DNA of 64,000 nucleotides from Massalongia carnosa. Lineage: Eukaryota. This document shows, piece by piece, positions 12,424-22,859 of this stretch. The stretch's first letter is position 1; each line of letters starts with the position of its first letter. The stretch is from positions 1,798,001 to 1,862,000 of the forward strand of contig OZ287079.1 in assembly GCA_965645245.1 (NCBI GenBank), written 5' to 3'. The notes beneath the pieces were generated by a model. That model did no database searches and was not told where the DNA came from. It was given only the letters and a program-made list of their open reading frames with translations. A program made the translations under genes and the position numbers.

Positions 12424-13946
12424 TTGTTAGCGATTTTCTCCAATTTGCCCCGCGATAGGAGGTCAGCGAGCTCATTTGACTTTGTTGGGATCCAACGTAT
12501 TTCAATCCGAATATCATGAATAGCGGTCAGCATTGCGATTGCCCGAAGAGGCCGCATAGCGTTTCCACGAATAGATGATTTCCTTATTCCTGACGTGACA
12601 GCAAAGTTGTCACAGTGGAAAATCACATGGCTCCCTGCACAAAGGGGGAGCCATTTACGCAAAGCGTGTAATATCGCTGTCATTTCTTTGACATTGATGT
12701 GAGTTGGCCTAAGCCGAGACGTGAAACGTTCAGAAAGTGCATGCTCAGCGGGCATGGTAAAACTGGTATGATCCTCCACTAGGATGTAGGCCCCAATGCC
12801 GTACCCTGATGAGTCCGTCCAAAGACGAAATGTCTCGCGAGGACGGTCTAACATGCGAATGCCATTCCATTTAGGTAAAAAAAGATGCCACCACTGCAGG
12901 TCGGCTTTGATATTCTCGTTAATATGAATATGACGCCCACGAGACATGGCTTTTGCGTTAAAAAGACGTCGGAGGAAAGCTCTCCCTGGCACTACCACTT
13001 TAGCTGCGAATGACAAAAATCCCACCAAGGAGTCTAATTCCTCCCTTCTAATCGATGATTTTTGCAAGGCCTGTTTGACGAGGTCTTTGGCTTTCTGCAG
13101 TTTGTCTGGTGGTAGCCGTGCTTCCATGAGCATAGTATCCAATTCAATGCCTAAGAAATCGATCATATGACCAGTTTTATTTTTCTTTTCGTTGACTGCG
13201 ATTCCAAGGTCTTTGCAAAGATCGAAGAAGTACCGAGTGAAAGCTTCTGCTTCGGGATTAGTGCGGCAAACTGCCAAGAAATCATCTAGATAATGAAGCA
13301 CATCATGTTGATTTTGTAAACACATCCAATTTATCCCCTTTGCAAACAAATCGAATAGAAAAGGAGACGTGCGCAAGCCGAAAGGTAGAAAGCGCTCCAT
13401 CCAGTAAACATTATCCCATTGAAATCCCAGCAACCACCAGTCGCTTTTAGCCACGGGTATATGGCGAAAGGCATCGGAGAAATCCCTTTTTACTAATATG
13501 CACCCTTTTCCTTGTTTTCTTATTTTGGCGACAGCGTCATCGAATGTGGGGTATTCCAAGGCTCCCCATTCCTGAGGGATGAAGTCATTTACCGACGATC
13601 CTTCAGGGTGAGATAAATGATGGATACGGCGCCATGTACCATTTGATTTGGGTACGAGACCTAATGGGGATGATATGAACTTGGAGGGAAGAATATCTAC
13701 TCGCGTCAATCGTCCCTTATCCCTCTGCTCCTCGACATCTTTAGTGAGTATATCAGGAGCTTCTTTTGCTGATAGCAGATTGGGGCTGAGGATGAATTGT
13801 TCTGGGCCGGTATACCCAATCTTGGCCCCATACCGAATAATATCAAAAATAGCCTGCTTGTACACGTTATCGGGATGAGTTTCTAGGTGCTTCTTCCAGC
13901 CGGCGAGGATGAGTGGTCCTTGCTAAAGAGCCTCGAGTTTGTCCAT
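12387..13946 (-). pseudogene. DIRS/Ngaro-type reverse transcriptase-RNase H; one TAG near the N-terminus
   Basis: WRRIHHLSHP, KRDFSDAFRHIPV, LPFGLRTSP, YLDDF, WTDSSGYG, INVKEM, HCDN, NELADLLSR; in-frame stop at 13923-13925. Confidence 0.9.
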
Positions 13947-14655
13947 CAGTCTGTACGGAAAACCTTCCGCGATATGGTCATATGGGCCGGCTAGTCAATC
14001 CTTCCTATTGAACGGTGTCCGATTCGGATTGTTACGAGATTGGCTACTTGGGTTGCTATTGTTGGGTGTGTTGCCCCTGCAACTAAGTGCTGGGTGCTGT
14101 CTCCCGCAGTTGCTGCAGACGTGTTGGTATCTGCAGTCTCGGCAGTCCTTGCCTGTGTTATACTGATGGCAAGGGTAGGGCCTTGGAGTATTGCTGTTTG
14201 AATTGGTTGTGTATCCCCCAAATCCGGTCCGGGTTTGAAGGTTGTTGAGGGGCCTGTCGCGTTTAACCAGGTATGTGTTTTCCAAGTCTGGGTAGCTTTG
14301 CCTCCATTTTACGGGGTCGTCCACTCCTTGATACCACAGCGTTCTATGAAATAGCATATGAACTTGCAGCAACGACTCCCATGTGTAGGTATTGTGAAGC
14401 AAAATCAGCCGGTCCTCGTATTTCATGAAGGCCCTTGCTAGATCTTTGAACAGACTTGGTTGTGCAAAGTGCAATAATCGTCGGCCTCGCTTAGCTGCCT
14501 CCATACGAGGTGTACCACCTCACGCGGGGGACAAAAAAAAACTACACCAAAATTTAACCGGGTTCAAGCCCCCACCAAAACACAAGCAATTTCCATACAA
14601 TTTTGATGGGATAATCACCATTTCAACAACCAGTCATCCAATTCATTCAATCTAT

Positions 14656-16766
14656 TCAATAACCAGTCATTTTACCCTCACCATCCAAAACAGCTCTCAA
14701 TCTATCTGGCATAGTAGACACCCGTTCATTGATAAATGCCTGGGAAACGTTCGCCCACCCCTCATAAATTAGCCCCTTGGTCGTATCATCATCCCAATGA
14801 GGATATTTTTTTAAATATTGCTTCGGGGCCTGCCAGCAATTTTCTATGGGGGCCAAATCAGGTGAACATGGACAGTTGAAATAGTGCTTCAGATCATTGT
14901 TCTGCTTCCAAGTGCGTACAATGTTTGATTTGCCTGGTCCATGTCCAGAATCACCGTCTTCTTCTAAGACGAAATCGTGTTTTGCTTCAATTGTAATGGG
15001 CTACGAGACCAGTAAGCTTATCACGAGCGACACTGATCTCGAAAGGGGAAATGCTCAGCGTGAGAGGTGGAAGATAGCTACTACGTGCTGGTCTCCGAGA
15101 GTATATGTGATCCAAAGAACTAATCGATGTGGAAGTGCTCAGACCAAGAGATCTCGTCCGAGACCCAAACGTAGGTTGTTCATAGAATAAAGACTAATTG
15201 CTAACGAATACTACAAGATTCGTTCTGGTATTTATCCTACTCACCCCAAGCCTATAGCCTTGGGAGCCTTGGAACCTTAGGAGCCTTGCAACCCACTTCT
15301 GACCTTATCGTCTTACATCTAACCATCCCTCAGGATCCATCTACGAACTCGGCGTTCGCTGGATCATCTAGTCAGCCTCGAGCAGCCTTCTAGACCTTCC
15401 CTTGCAAGGTAGAACACTTCTACCTCCGGCTAGATCCCTCACTACATTGCTAGCCTGCCTCTAAACATAAAGTCTAGACGCCGAGGCTATGTAGCTTCAT
15501 TTCGCCGTCACCACTACCAACGTAGCGATGGAAGGTTACCTCCGACTGAATCTATATCTACAATGCGGACCTGCCTCTAGACACAAGGTCTAGACCACAA
15601 GGTCATGTAGGTTCATTCAGCCGACATCACTACCAACGTAGCAATAAAGGTTGAAGCTGAAGTTTACACCGGGGAGGCCGAGCTCAAGCTGCGTCCAGCT
15701 AGCCGTGCCTCCTGCTACAACTCTTGATCCATCAAGAGATCGAGTAGCTCCGGGTAGGCCAGTAGATTCCATATAGAGTTCACGGCTTCTCCACAGGAGT
15801 TCGCCTTACTCCATGGCAATCTACCACCACGGCCTCGACAGGTGTTTGATCTGTAAGCAGTCTAGAACGTAGTAACAACTAATTCGGAGTTGTGTGGCAA
15901 GGTGGCGTCGTGTCAACCTCGACGGCTGTGCGACTAAGTACTACGGCCTGGCTCATGCTAGTTAATCCCGCAACCGCCGTAGGCGATCACGTATCCTTCT
16001 AGCGCCATCCGTATTACATCAATCCAGGCTTCACAATAGGCTCCAATATAGAGTCGATATAGACTCGTTGACTCATCTTTCCATTGAAGTTTCCAGGAAC
16101 TTTGTAAAAGTAGATATCTGACTTGAAGTCATGACCTGCAGCAGCCCAACAATGATGTCTCTTCTTGACGGCCTCGTCTGGTTCATCTGCTTCTTGAATA
16201 CAATCATGACAATAACGTTCACCTAATCTTCGTATGATGCGTAATTTGCCCTGAGGTCCCCATCCAAAGTGCACTTCGTCGCTAAATCGAACTTGTTTCC
16301 AGTCTTCTGCATTTGGATATCTAGAAGCATAGCATCTGACCACTTCGAAGCTTTCTTGTCTTCTCGTTCACCCATCCCTTTCTGCACGCAATACATTTGT
16401 GATAATCCATGGTACCCATGATTCGTTGAATGGTTTTGCCACTGCAGTCTAGGCTACTTCGAAGCCCAATTGCTCCCATGTAAGAGCGCGCGCCTCCATA
16501 CCTTCTTCTTCCAATAGCCGTTCCATTTCTCTAATCAATTTAGGCGTAACAATTTTGTGACGCCCACGAGCTTCAGAAACATCGGAATTATTATGATGAC
16601 GGCGTGATGGGGCTCCTTCACGCAGGTATGCATAGCCCCTCGTACGTTCCACATCAAATGTGCGAAAAACATCCTCTTTGTGATAAGAAATGCCTTGCTT
16701 TTCGCAAAATTCAACGGCTCCCTGAATTTTAGCTTTGGTAGGAGTCTCGATATGTTTAGAATTCAT
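14656..16766 (-). pseudogene. Tc1-like transposase (DD37E), interrupted by a solo LTR, a stop and a frameshift
   Basis: RFSDEVHF ... VLEEDGDSGHG ... SPDLAPIENCW; 37 residues between the second D and E. Confidence 0.88.
14992..16018. mobile_element. Solo LTR (1027 bp) with an internal ~115-bp tandem duplication
   Basis: TGTAAT...ATTACA; TSD TCAAT (14987-14991 / 16019-16023). Confidence 0.88.
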
Positions 16767-17174
16767 AATAATGATAATTATCCCATCAAAATCGTATGTA
16801 AATTGCTTGTGTTTTGGTGGGGAGTTGAGCCCGGTTAAATTTTGGTGTAGTTTTTTTTTTGTCCCCCGCGTGCACCTCTAGTCGGGGAAAGCGGTCTGCG
16901 TAGGCAAGCGATCTGCGTAGTTTCAATTTCAGGATTTGTCCAAATTCACCCATTTTACAACCTATTTTGCAGCTTTTTGCACCACTTCTCGACCGCAACC
17001 TACGACCATTAACTGTTATTATTCATACCATAGATAGATATTAACTGCACATCCTAACTACTCATTGATTAACCGGGATATTCACCTTTATTCAATCGCG
17101 ACCGCATCAGTTGCATGCCTCCTATTTCGTCAACCACTCTCTCCCTATTTCATCAACCGCTCCCCACCTCAATC

Positions 17175-19303
17175 ATGAATAGCAGCAGCGTCATGAATAA
17201 GAGCCTTATTAAAACCAGTGATTCTATTGCAACGCGCGTGCAAAATGCTAAGCAGTTTTTATTAGAAAACTCCAAGGAAAGCATCGTTTGCGCTGCTCGA
17301 ATCTTCAACCTCGCCGAGACCACTCTTTACAGTTCAATTGAACGTGAAAAGACGCCGCCGAAGAAAATTGGAGGGCAGAACAAAATACTGGAGGAGCATC
17401 AGGTCAGAGCCAATCACGAATTCATTCGATCTCTGATTGCGTATGGCATTCAACCTACTCATAAAGTGGTTTTTGCTGCCATTAAGACTCTGAAACGTGC
17501 TCAAGATGCTGAATTCAATGGTCCAAGTCCGCGGTGGTTTAGGCAATGGTGGAAAGACAATGGCCTGCACAAGATAAAGACCAAGCCGCTGGCAGTTGTT
17601 CGATATACTGCGGCTCAGGAGTCAGATGTGAGATCATGGTTTGATCGATATCAGCGGGTTCTTGCAGAGTTGGGGATAACTCGTTCCCAAGATATCTGGA
17701 ATTTTGATGAAGCAGGATTTCGAGTTGGGTGTATGAAGGGTCATGAAATTCTAGTTCCATCAGATATTAAGGAGTTCTATTCGATCAGTCCAGAAAATCG
17801 CAAATCTCTCACCATAATCGAAAGCATCAAAGCCGCCGGTCATCAACCACCCCCCCCCGTTTTAATCATGCAAGGTCGTAGAATAATGCAGAACTGGTTC
17901 CAAGAAGGGCTGCCCACGGGGACTCTGGTCCAAGTATCAGAAAGTGGGTTCATCACCGATGAAATAGCCAGTGAATTTTTGAAGCATTTCATTGCGAATA
18001 CAAACTCAGGGCCTACAAAGCAGTGGAAATTGATGCTCATGGATAATCATGGGACTCATTGCACCCCTGAGTTTATAAAGCTTGCCAATGAAAATCACAT
18101 TCGCCCTCTCCCCCTGATACCACATCTGACTCATTGTATGCAACCCCTTGATGTGGGTGTATTTCAACCCTATAAGCATTGGCATGATAAGGCTATCCAA
18201 GATGTCCTTGCAGAGTTCAACACCGAGTATTCATTGACTCGGTTTTGTCAAGACCTCACCAAAATACGAGACAACACTTTCACAAGCTCCACCATTCGAT
18301 CTGCTTTTAGAAAGGCCGGAATGTGGCCTATCAATAGGGGGTTATGCATTAAACAGCTTAAAAAATTCGCCGCCCCAGGGGTTGAAGGGCCCGTTCGAAT
18401 GCTGCGGGGTGAGCAGGTGATGCGGGGCCACCTGCCGGGTCAGAAGCGCGCGAATGAGGATCCCCCCCTTCCAGTGTTGCCCGCACGAATTCAACCTCAA
18501 ACCTTCGATGATGTTGAAAGGTGCTGATTGATTGGTTGCCAAAAATTCAGAATGTTACGCAGTGGAGTGATGATAATCGGCCAAACGAGTTTGAACAGTT
18601 TGTTGATAGTGCGAAGCAGATTGTTGCAAAATCAAATCTCACCGACTTCGAACTGAAAGTTATCCGCAAAAGGAGAAATGATGAATTGCTACACAAAGCA
18701 ACCTCTCGCAAGAGGATAAGATCTGCCTATTCGGAGGCGTCAGGACTCACAAAGGAGGACGCAGAACGAGTCATTGCCGAAAAGCAAGAAAAAGAAGAAC
18801 GAGAGGAAAGAAGAAAGGAGCACTAAATTACATGAGAATATGGCGAATGGAACGTAATGCTATACACATCAAGGGAGTTGCTGCGCGAAAAGATGAAAGA
18901 GTTCGGCAAAAGCAAGTCAAGGAGCTCGACAGGCAAGGCGTCATCATTCCTATTGATAAGCTGACTCCCATTGAAGATCCCGAAGCAGAATGGAAGAAGA
19001 CAAACTCTATTTAGAAGATGGAGGAGGCGAGGAAGGAGGCGGCAAGAAAGAAGAAAGGGCAGACTGCAGATGAGACAGATGAAGATAGGGATGAGATCGA
19101 ATTCATCACGGATGCTATAGGTGATGATGGTCTATGAGTTATAGAAGATAATTCTATTCGCGAGCAGACAAACTTCATAGCTTTTGATGAGAATAATGAG
19201 AATTATGAGGGTGATGAGGGTGATGAGGATGAGAATGATGAAGGTGATGAGGGTGATGAGGATGAGCAGTTTAACTTTTATCAAGGAGGCTATCGTCAGA
19301 CTA
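17175..19303 (+). pseudogene. Fot1-like DD35D transposase with frameshifted, acidic C-terminal part
   Basis: WNFDEAGF, MDNHGTH, QPLDVGVF (35 residues D-D); frameshift near 18520, stops at 18826 and 19014. Confidence 0.88.
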
Positions 19304-20627
19304 GGAGTTACTATTAGAACGCGCAATTGATATATATCTACTTATTAATAATATTTGCAAATGAGGTTGAAAATAAAGCAAATGGAGGTTGCAAATCATG
19401 ATGAGAGGGCGTCGCAAATGAGTTGTAAATAGGTGATAAAACTGGTGAAATTGGATAAAATATAATGCATTCCCTGTTGATAAATGAGCAGTTAGGATTT
19501 GCAGTTGATATCTATCTATGGTATGAATAATAATAGCTAATGGTCGTAGGTTGCGGTGGAGAAGTGTCGCAAAAAGCTGCAAAATAGGTGGTAAACTGAA
19601 ATTGAAACTAAGCAGATCGCTTGCCTACGCAGACCGCTTTCCCCGACTAGAGGTGGTACACCTCGTATGGAGGCAGCTAAGCGAGGCCGACGATTACCGC
19701 TTGCCAGTATACCAAAAGACAACGAATTAGGTGGGTGATACCCTTGATGTCGCTCAACGATGCGTCATCCTCGCCAGTAATGACCTCCAGACCTTTGCTG
19801 ATATTGATAGATTTCTTCGTAGACTTGCTCAGAGTAACGTCGCTGCACATCTTGGCGATATTGATGGGGTCAAACTTATTTTCCAAAATTTGCTTGAAAT
19901 ACAGCTGGTTTATGGCCGGAAAGTCACTTGTCAGAGGGAGGATTCTTGGGTCATCCGTACCTTCGCTCTGGAAGGCCTGATTTGTCTGTTGGGACCCCCC
20001 ATGCTGAAATCCCGTAGGGGCCTCCTCCACCTCCAACGCGGCCTGTCTGTCGGTAATTTCCTTCCTAAGCTTTCTCATTTCGGCCTGGCGCCCCTCTCGT
20101 ACCAAAATGTCGCGTTGTACGCGAAGTTCAAGTAGCTCATCAGGGGTACCGGGGCGTGTAGGCCCTTCTTCTACTGACTGGCCGGCCTGCATTGTTGCGG
20201 AGGTCGGCTGAGAGTCAGGCACAAGGGGGGTGAGGGGGCCAGTGGGGCCGCTATCGTCGGCGGTGGACGCAATGCGGCGGGTAGTAGGCATTCTGTCTAT
20301 GGAAGGAAGTAGAGCGGAGCTAGGTTTATACGTGTTTATCGAAGATGAAGAAGGGAAGAAGGATGGATTGTTCGTTAGGTTGGAAGATTGTTGGATCGGA
20401 CTCAAAAACTACTATGCAGTGCTACCTCCGAATCCGAGATGATGAGGAGATGTAGGACAGCTTTGGCCCTCTATATAGCCTCCATCTCCCCCCTGTCATC
20501 CATCCTTCCATATCCGATCCCCCGTCGTTATCCGAACCAGCTCCTGGCGGATAACCGTGCAAAACCGAAGAGGTCTGGATTTTGCATCACCTGCTGTCCC
20601 CGTCATGCGTGGAGAACCGCTGGTAGC

Positions 20628-21059
20628 TGTCAGGGGAGGGCTGGAGAGATACAAGACTCTATCTTGCAGAACGGATATCTAGATATGCTAAAGCTAGAAG
20701 TTGAGAATAATACACAAGACGTCCGATGAAGAGCTCTAAACACCTGGGAAACCACATAGACTTTATAGCCATGGCTTTCAACTCTCCTATTCTCGACTTG
20801 CCCCATCTCTGTTCCTATACTAATTTCCTTAACATGATTGCTTTGACCTATCCCGCCTTTATCTGTGCTGAAGCACTCTCAGTCATAAGCCTGGATAGTG
20901 GAGACGTTGAGATTGGAATACGGATTGTAGGAGATTGATAGTGCGCTGAGGGCGGCAGAAGAACGCCTGAGCACGATGGGTGAGGTTTCACAGCAATGGG
21001 CCCTGTTAAATACTAACCCGATCAGGACAAGCGGGAGGGTGCGAAGCGATTCCGTGACA
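20628..21059. mobile_element. Solo LTR (432 bp) inserted in the YR element 5' region
   Basis: TGTCAG...GTGACA; TSD GTAGC (20623-20627 / 21060-21064); removal restores a third CCGCTGGTAGCCG repeat. Confidence 0.85.
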
Positions 21060-21144
21060 GTAGCCGATCCGCTGGTAGCCGAATCCGCTGGTAGCCGAAT
21101 AGTATCGGTCCCGCACTAGCTCTCGCCATAGACGAACTAGATAG

Positions 21145-21522
21145 TGTCAGGGTCCTAGCTTGACATAAGGCTGAGATGGAAGGTGTCAAATTATAGGATA
21201 ACTAATCCTAAACATCAGTGGTAACTCAGGATGATATATCCGAAGGGTTATTCCGGCCCGACTAGACACGTGGCCTCCCCCCTTTAGATAGATTCCCACT
21301 TTTCCACATCCTCTACAATACAATCAACATCTACCCAATTCCCTGATTATGCCTTTTGACCCTTATATATTTGACAGAAGGGGGATCACGGGAGCACGCG
21401 AGGCTAGCGCGACACTCGGTGCAGATATTTCTAGCGAGTAGCGCATAATAATTCTTTTCTTCTTTTGTAGATAAATTTTAGTTTAATAACGGTTGATTAG
21501 AATCGACGACAGCTTCCTTACA
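21145..21522 (+). repeat. 3' LTR of Gypsy copy 1 (interrupted)
   Basis: Matches 5111-5288; nested LTR at 21184-21376. Confidence 0.85.
21184..21376. mobile_element. Solo LTR (193 bp) nested in the Gypsy 3' LTR
   Basis: TGTCAAAT...ATTTGACA; TSD GAAGG (21179-21183 / 21377-21381). Confidence 0.88.
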
Positions 21523-21661
21523 GGAAGCTATTCATATGATGGGGGACGAGTAAATAGGTATCTGATACTCCGTACATATGAATATGAACTTCTTGTGAAT
21601 AGGAATAACATTGATTGGTCAGAATTTTAAGGTTTAGCGCTTTCTAACCTTAGCTTGGGGG

Positions 21662-21852
21662 TGTAACAGGGGTGGTAATAAGTCACCTAAGCCACTGAGC
21701 CAAAAGGCTACTACAGTATGGTAGTTCTCCTGTGGAGACACTACCGCTTATTACACTACATATAGGTGCCCCGCGCCCGGTACGTCACCGTACCTCCTTA
21801 GGCGCTCATGTATTGCGCCCGCTAGCTAGCAGTACTGAGTATCGCTGTAACA
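21662..21852. mobile_element. Probable solo LTR (191 bp)
   Basis: TGTAAC...GTAACA between GGGGG runs (low-complexity TSD). Confidence 0.5.
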
Positions 21853-22249
21853 GGGGGGGGGTGCTAGAATGACAGCGAGAGGGATAGATAGTTCTTTTCC
21901 TTTTAGACATAGAACAAGCATGCTCGTAACAACAGCTATACAACACATAGCATCAACACATACAGTTCACATACACGATGCACGAGGCGGGCACGAGGCG
22001 CGAGGCATAAAGTGATTAGTCTAGCTATTTTTCTTATTCTATTGTTCTGTTCTTCTCTTGTTTATTTGATCTCTTGCACTCCTAGCAGTAGTAGACCACG
22101 CACACCACCCAGTTCATCCTTCCACAGCGTATATAGATGCTTTTGTCGTTTGATTTCCAAATACGACGATCTTATTTGAATAAAGAATGAGGTGTTTTTA
22201 ATTTATGTAATGTGAACGAACATCAGGCTTCTATGGATTACACAGCTCT

Positions 22250-22508
22250 TGTCACGATTCTATCCTTTGCCTGTAGGAACTAAGCCTGATCGAGCACCTA
22301 CGGAAACCGTAGATGGAACCTGGCCGGCTGGCAGGAGTCACGAGATTGCGCGGAAAATTCTTTCGCGACCCTACTGCATGAGGATTAGAGAGCGCGTTGC
22401 TTTTTAGGAGATGAGTCCGACCTTTCGAGTCTTTCTTCCCTCTTTATCTTTATTATCTTCGTTCATGGCGTCCCTATGGCTAGTCTCTAAATTAGGTAGA
22501 CCGTAACA
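22250..22508 (+). mobile_element. Solo LTR, family B (259 bp)
   Basis: TGTCACGA...CGTAACA; shares CGTAGATGGAAC, CTTTATCTTTATT and GCGTCCCTATG with the reverse complement of 49846-50089; TSD imperfect (GCTCT / GCTTC). Confidence 0.75.
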
Positions 22509-22859
22509 GCTTCGGCCTTAAACGTCGAACGCATTGTTGAACTTGCTTCGAGAAGTTAAAAATTTCTTTGATATGTATATTATAACAAATGTGAAAGCTC
22601 ATGCGCAAACATGTGTCAATGAGTTTTTTTGAATGATTTCGTCACGCGTATCACATGCGATCAAGTGTAAGTCGAGATATATTAGTCATGATTCCAGACT
22701 GCGTTGCCATGGTCCCCCCGTTTCCTCTTTCCTTTCCTTTCACAAAGCGTAGATAGAAAGCAACCTGTCCGCAATCAGAGCCCAACTTGCTCGACTCTTC
22801 ATGCTTAAACCAAGAATCCTTGATTGATCAAACTTCCCAGTTCCATTTCAATAGCACGG

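Larger units (their letters stand above)
14521..16872 (-). mobile_element. Tc1/IS630-type DD37E DNA transposon with ~95-bp TIRs and 5-bp TSD
   Basis: TIR CACGCGGGGGACAAAAAAAAACTACACC...; CACCT duplicated at 14516-14520 and 16873-16877. Confidence 0.9.
14477..19694 (+). mobile_element. Fot1/pogo-type DNA transposon with ~230-bp imperfect TIRs
   Basis: TA TSD (14475-76 / 19695-96); TIR ATCGTCGGCCTCGCTTAGCTGCC...; left TIR split by the 14521-16872 element. Confidence 0.9.
13995..20291 (-). pseudogene. YR-element gag-like ORF, split by the Fot1-like insertion
   Basis: Removing 14477-19696 rejoins ...YWQAV-LHFAQPS... in frame; C-terminal CHQYNTGKDCRDCRYQHVCSNCGRQHPALSC finger. Confidence 0.85.
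11210..21140 (-). mobile_element. Tyrosine-recombinase retrotransposon (DIRS order, Ngaro-like) with nested insertions
   Basis: gag (Cys/His finger), RT/RNase H and YR ORFs, no methyltransferase; ends CTAGTTC (11210) and GAACTAG (21140) interrupt the Gypsy PPT. Confidence 0.88.
5111..21522 (+). mobile_element. Ty3/Gypsy chromovirus LTR retrotransposon (copy 1), degenerate, carrying a ~10 kb nested insertion in its PPT
   Basis: LTRs 5111-5288 and 21145-21522; gag-PR-RT-RH-IN-chromo order; PPT AGAAGGGG (~11202-11209) continues as ATAG-TGTCAG at 21141; flanks GATGT / GGAAG are not a TSD. Confidence 0.85.

Noticed and set aside
14521..14545. TIR resembles a Transib/RAG signal (CAC start, ACAAAAA run, 5-bp TSD)
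   Set aside because: Transposase motifs are Tc1/IS630-type, not Transib, and heptamer-nonamer spacing is wrong; treated as coincidence
19132..19326. Hydrophobic Ile/Leu-rich ORFs (also 24114-24335, 62348-62599) resembling membrane peptides
   Set aside because: Antisense shadows of GAT/GAG acidic low-complexity coding tracts
21109..21121. 13-mer TCCCGCACTAGCT shared with the piggyBac-like IR at 42228-42240
   Set aside because: Similarity does not extend; cannot be distinguished from chance
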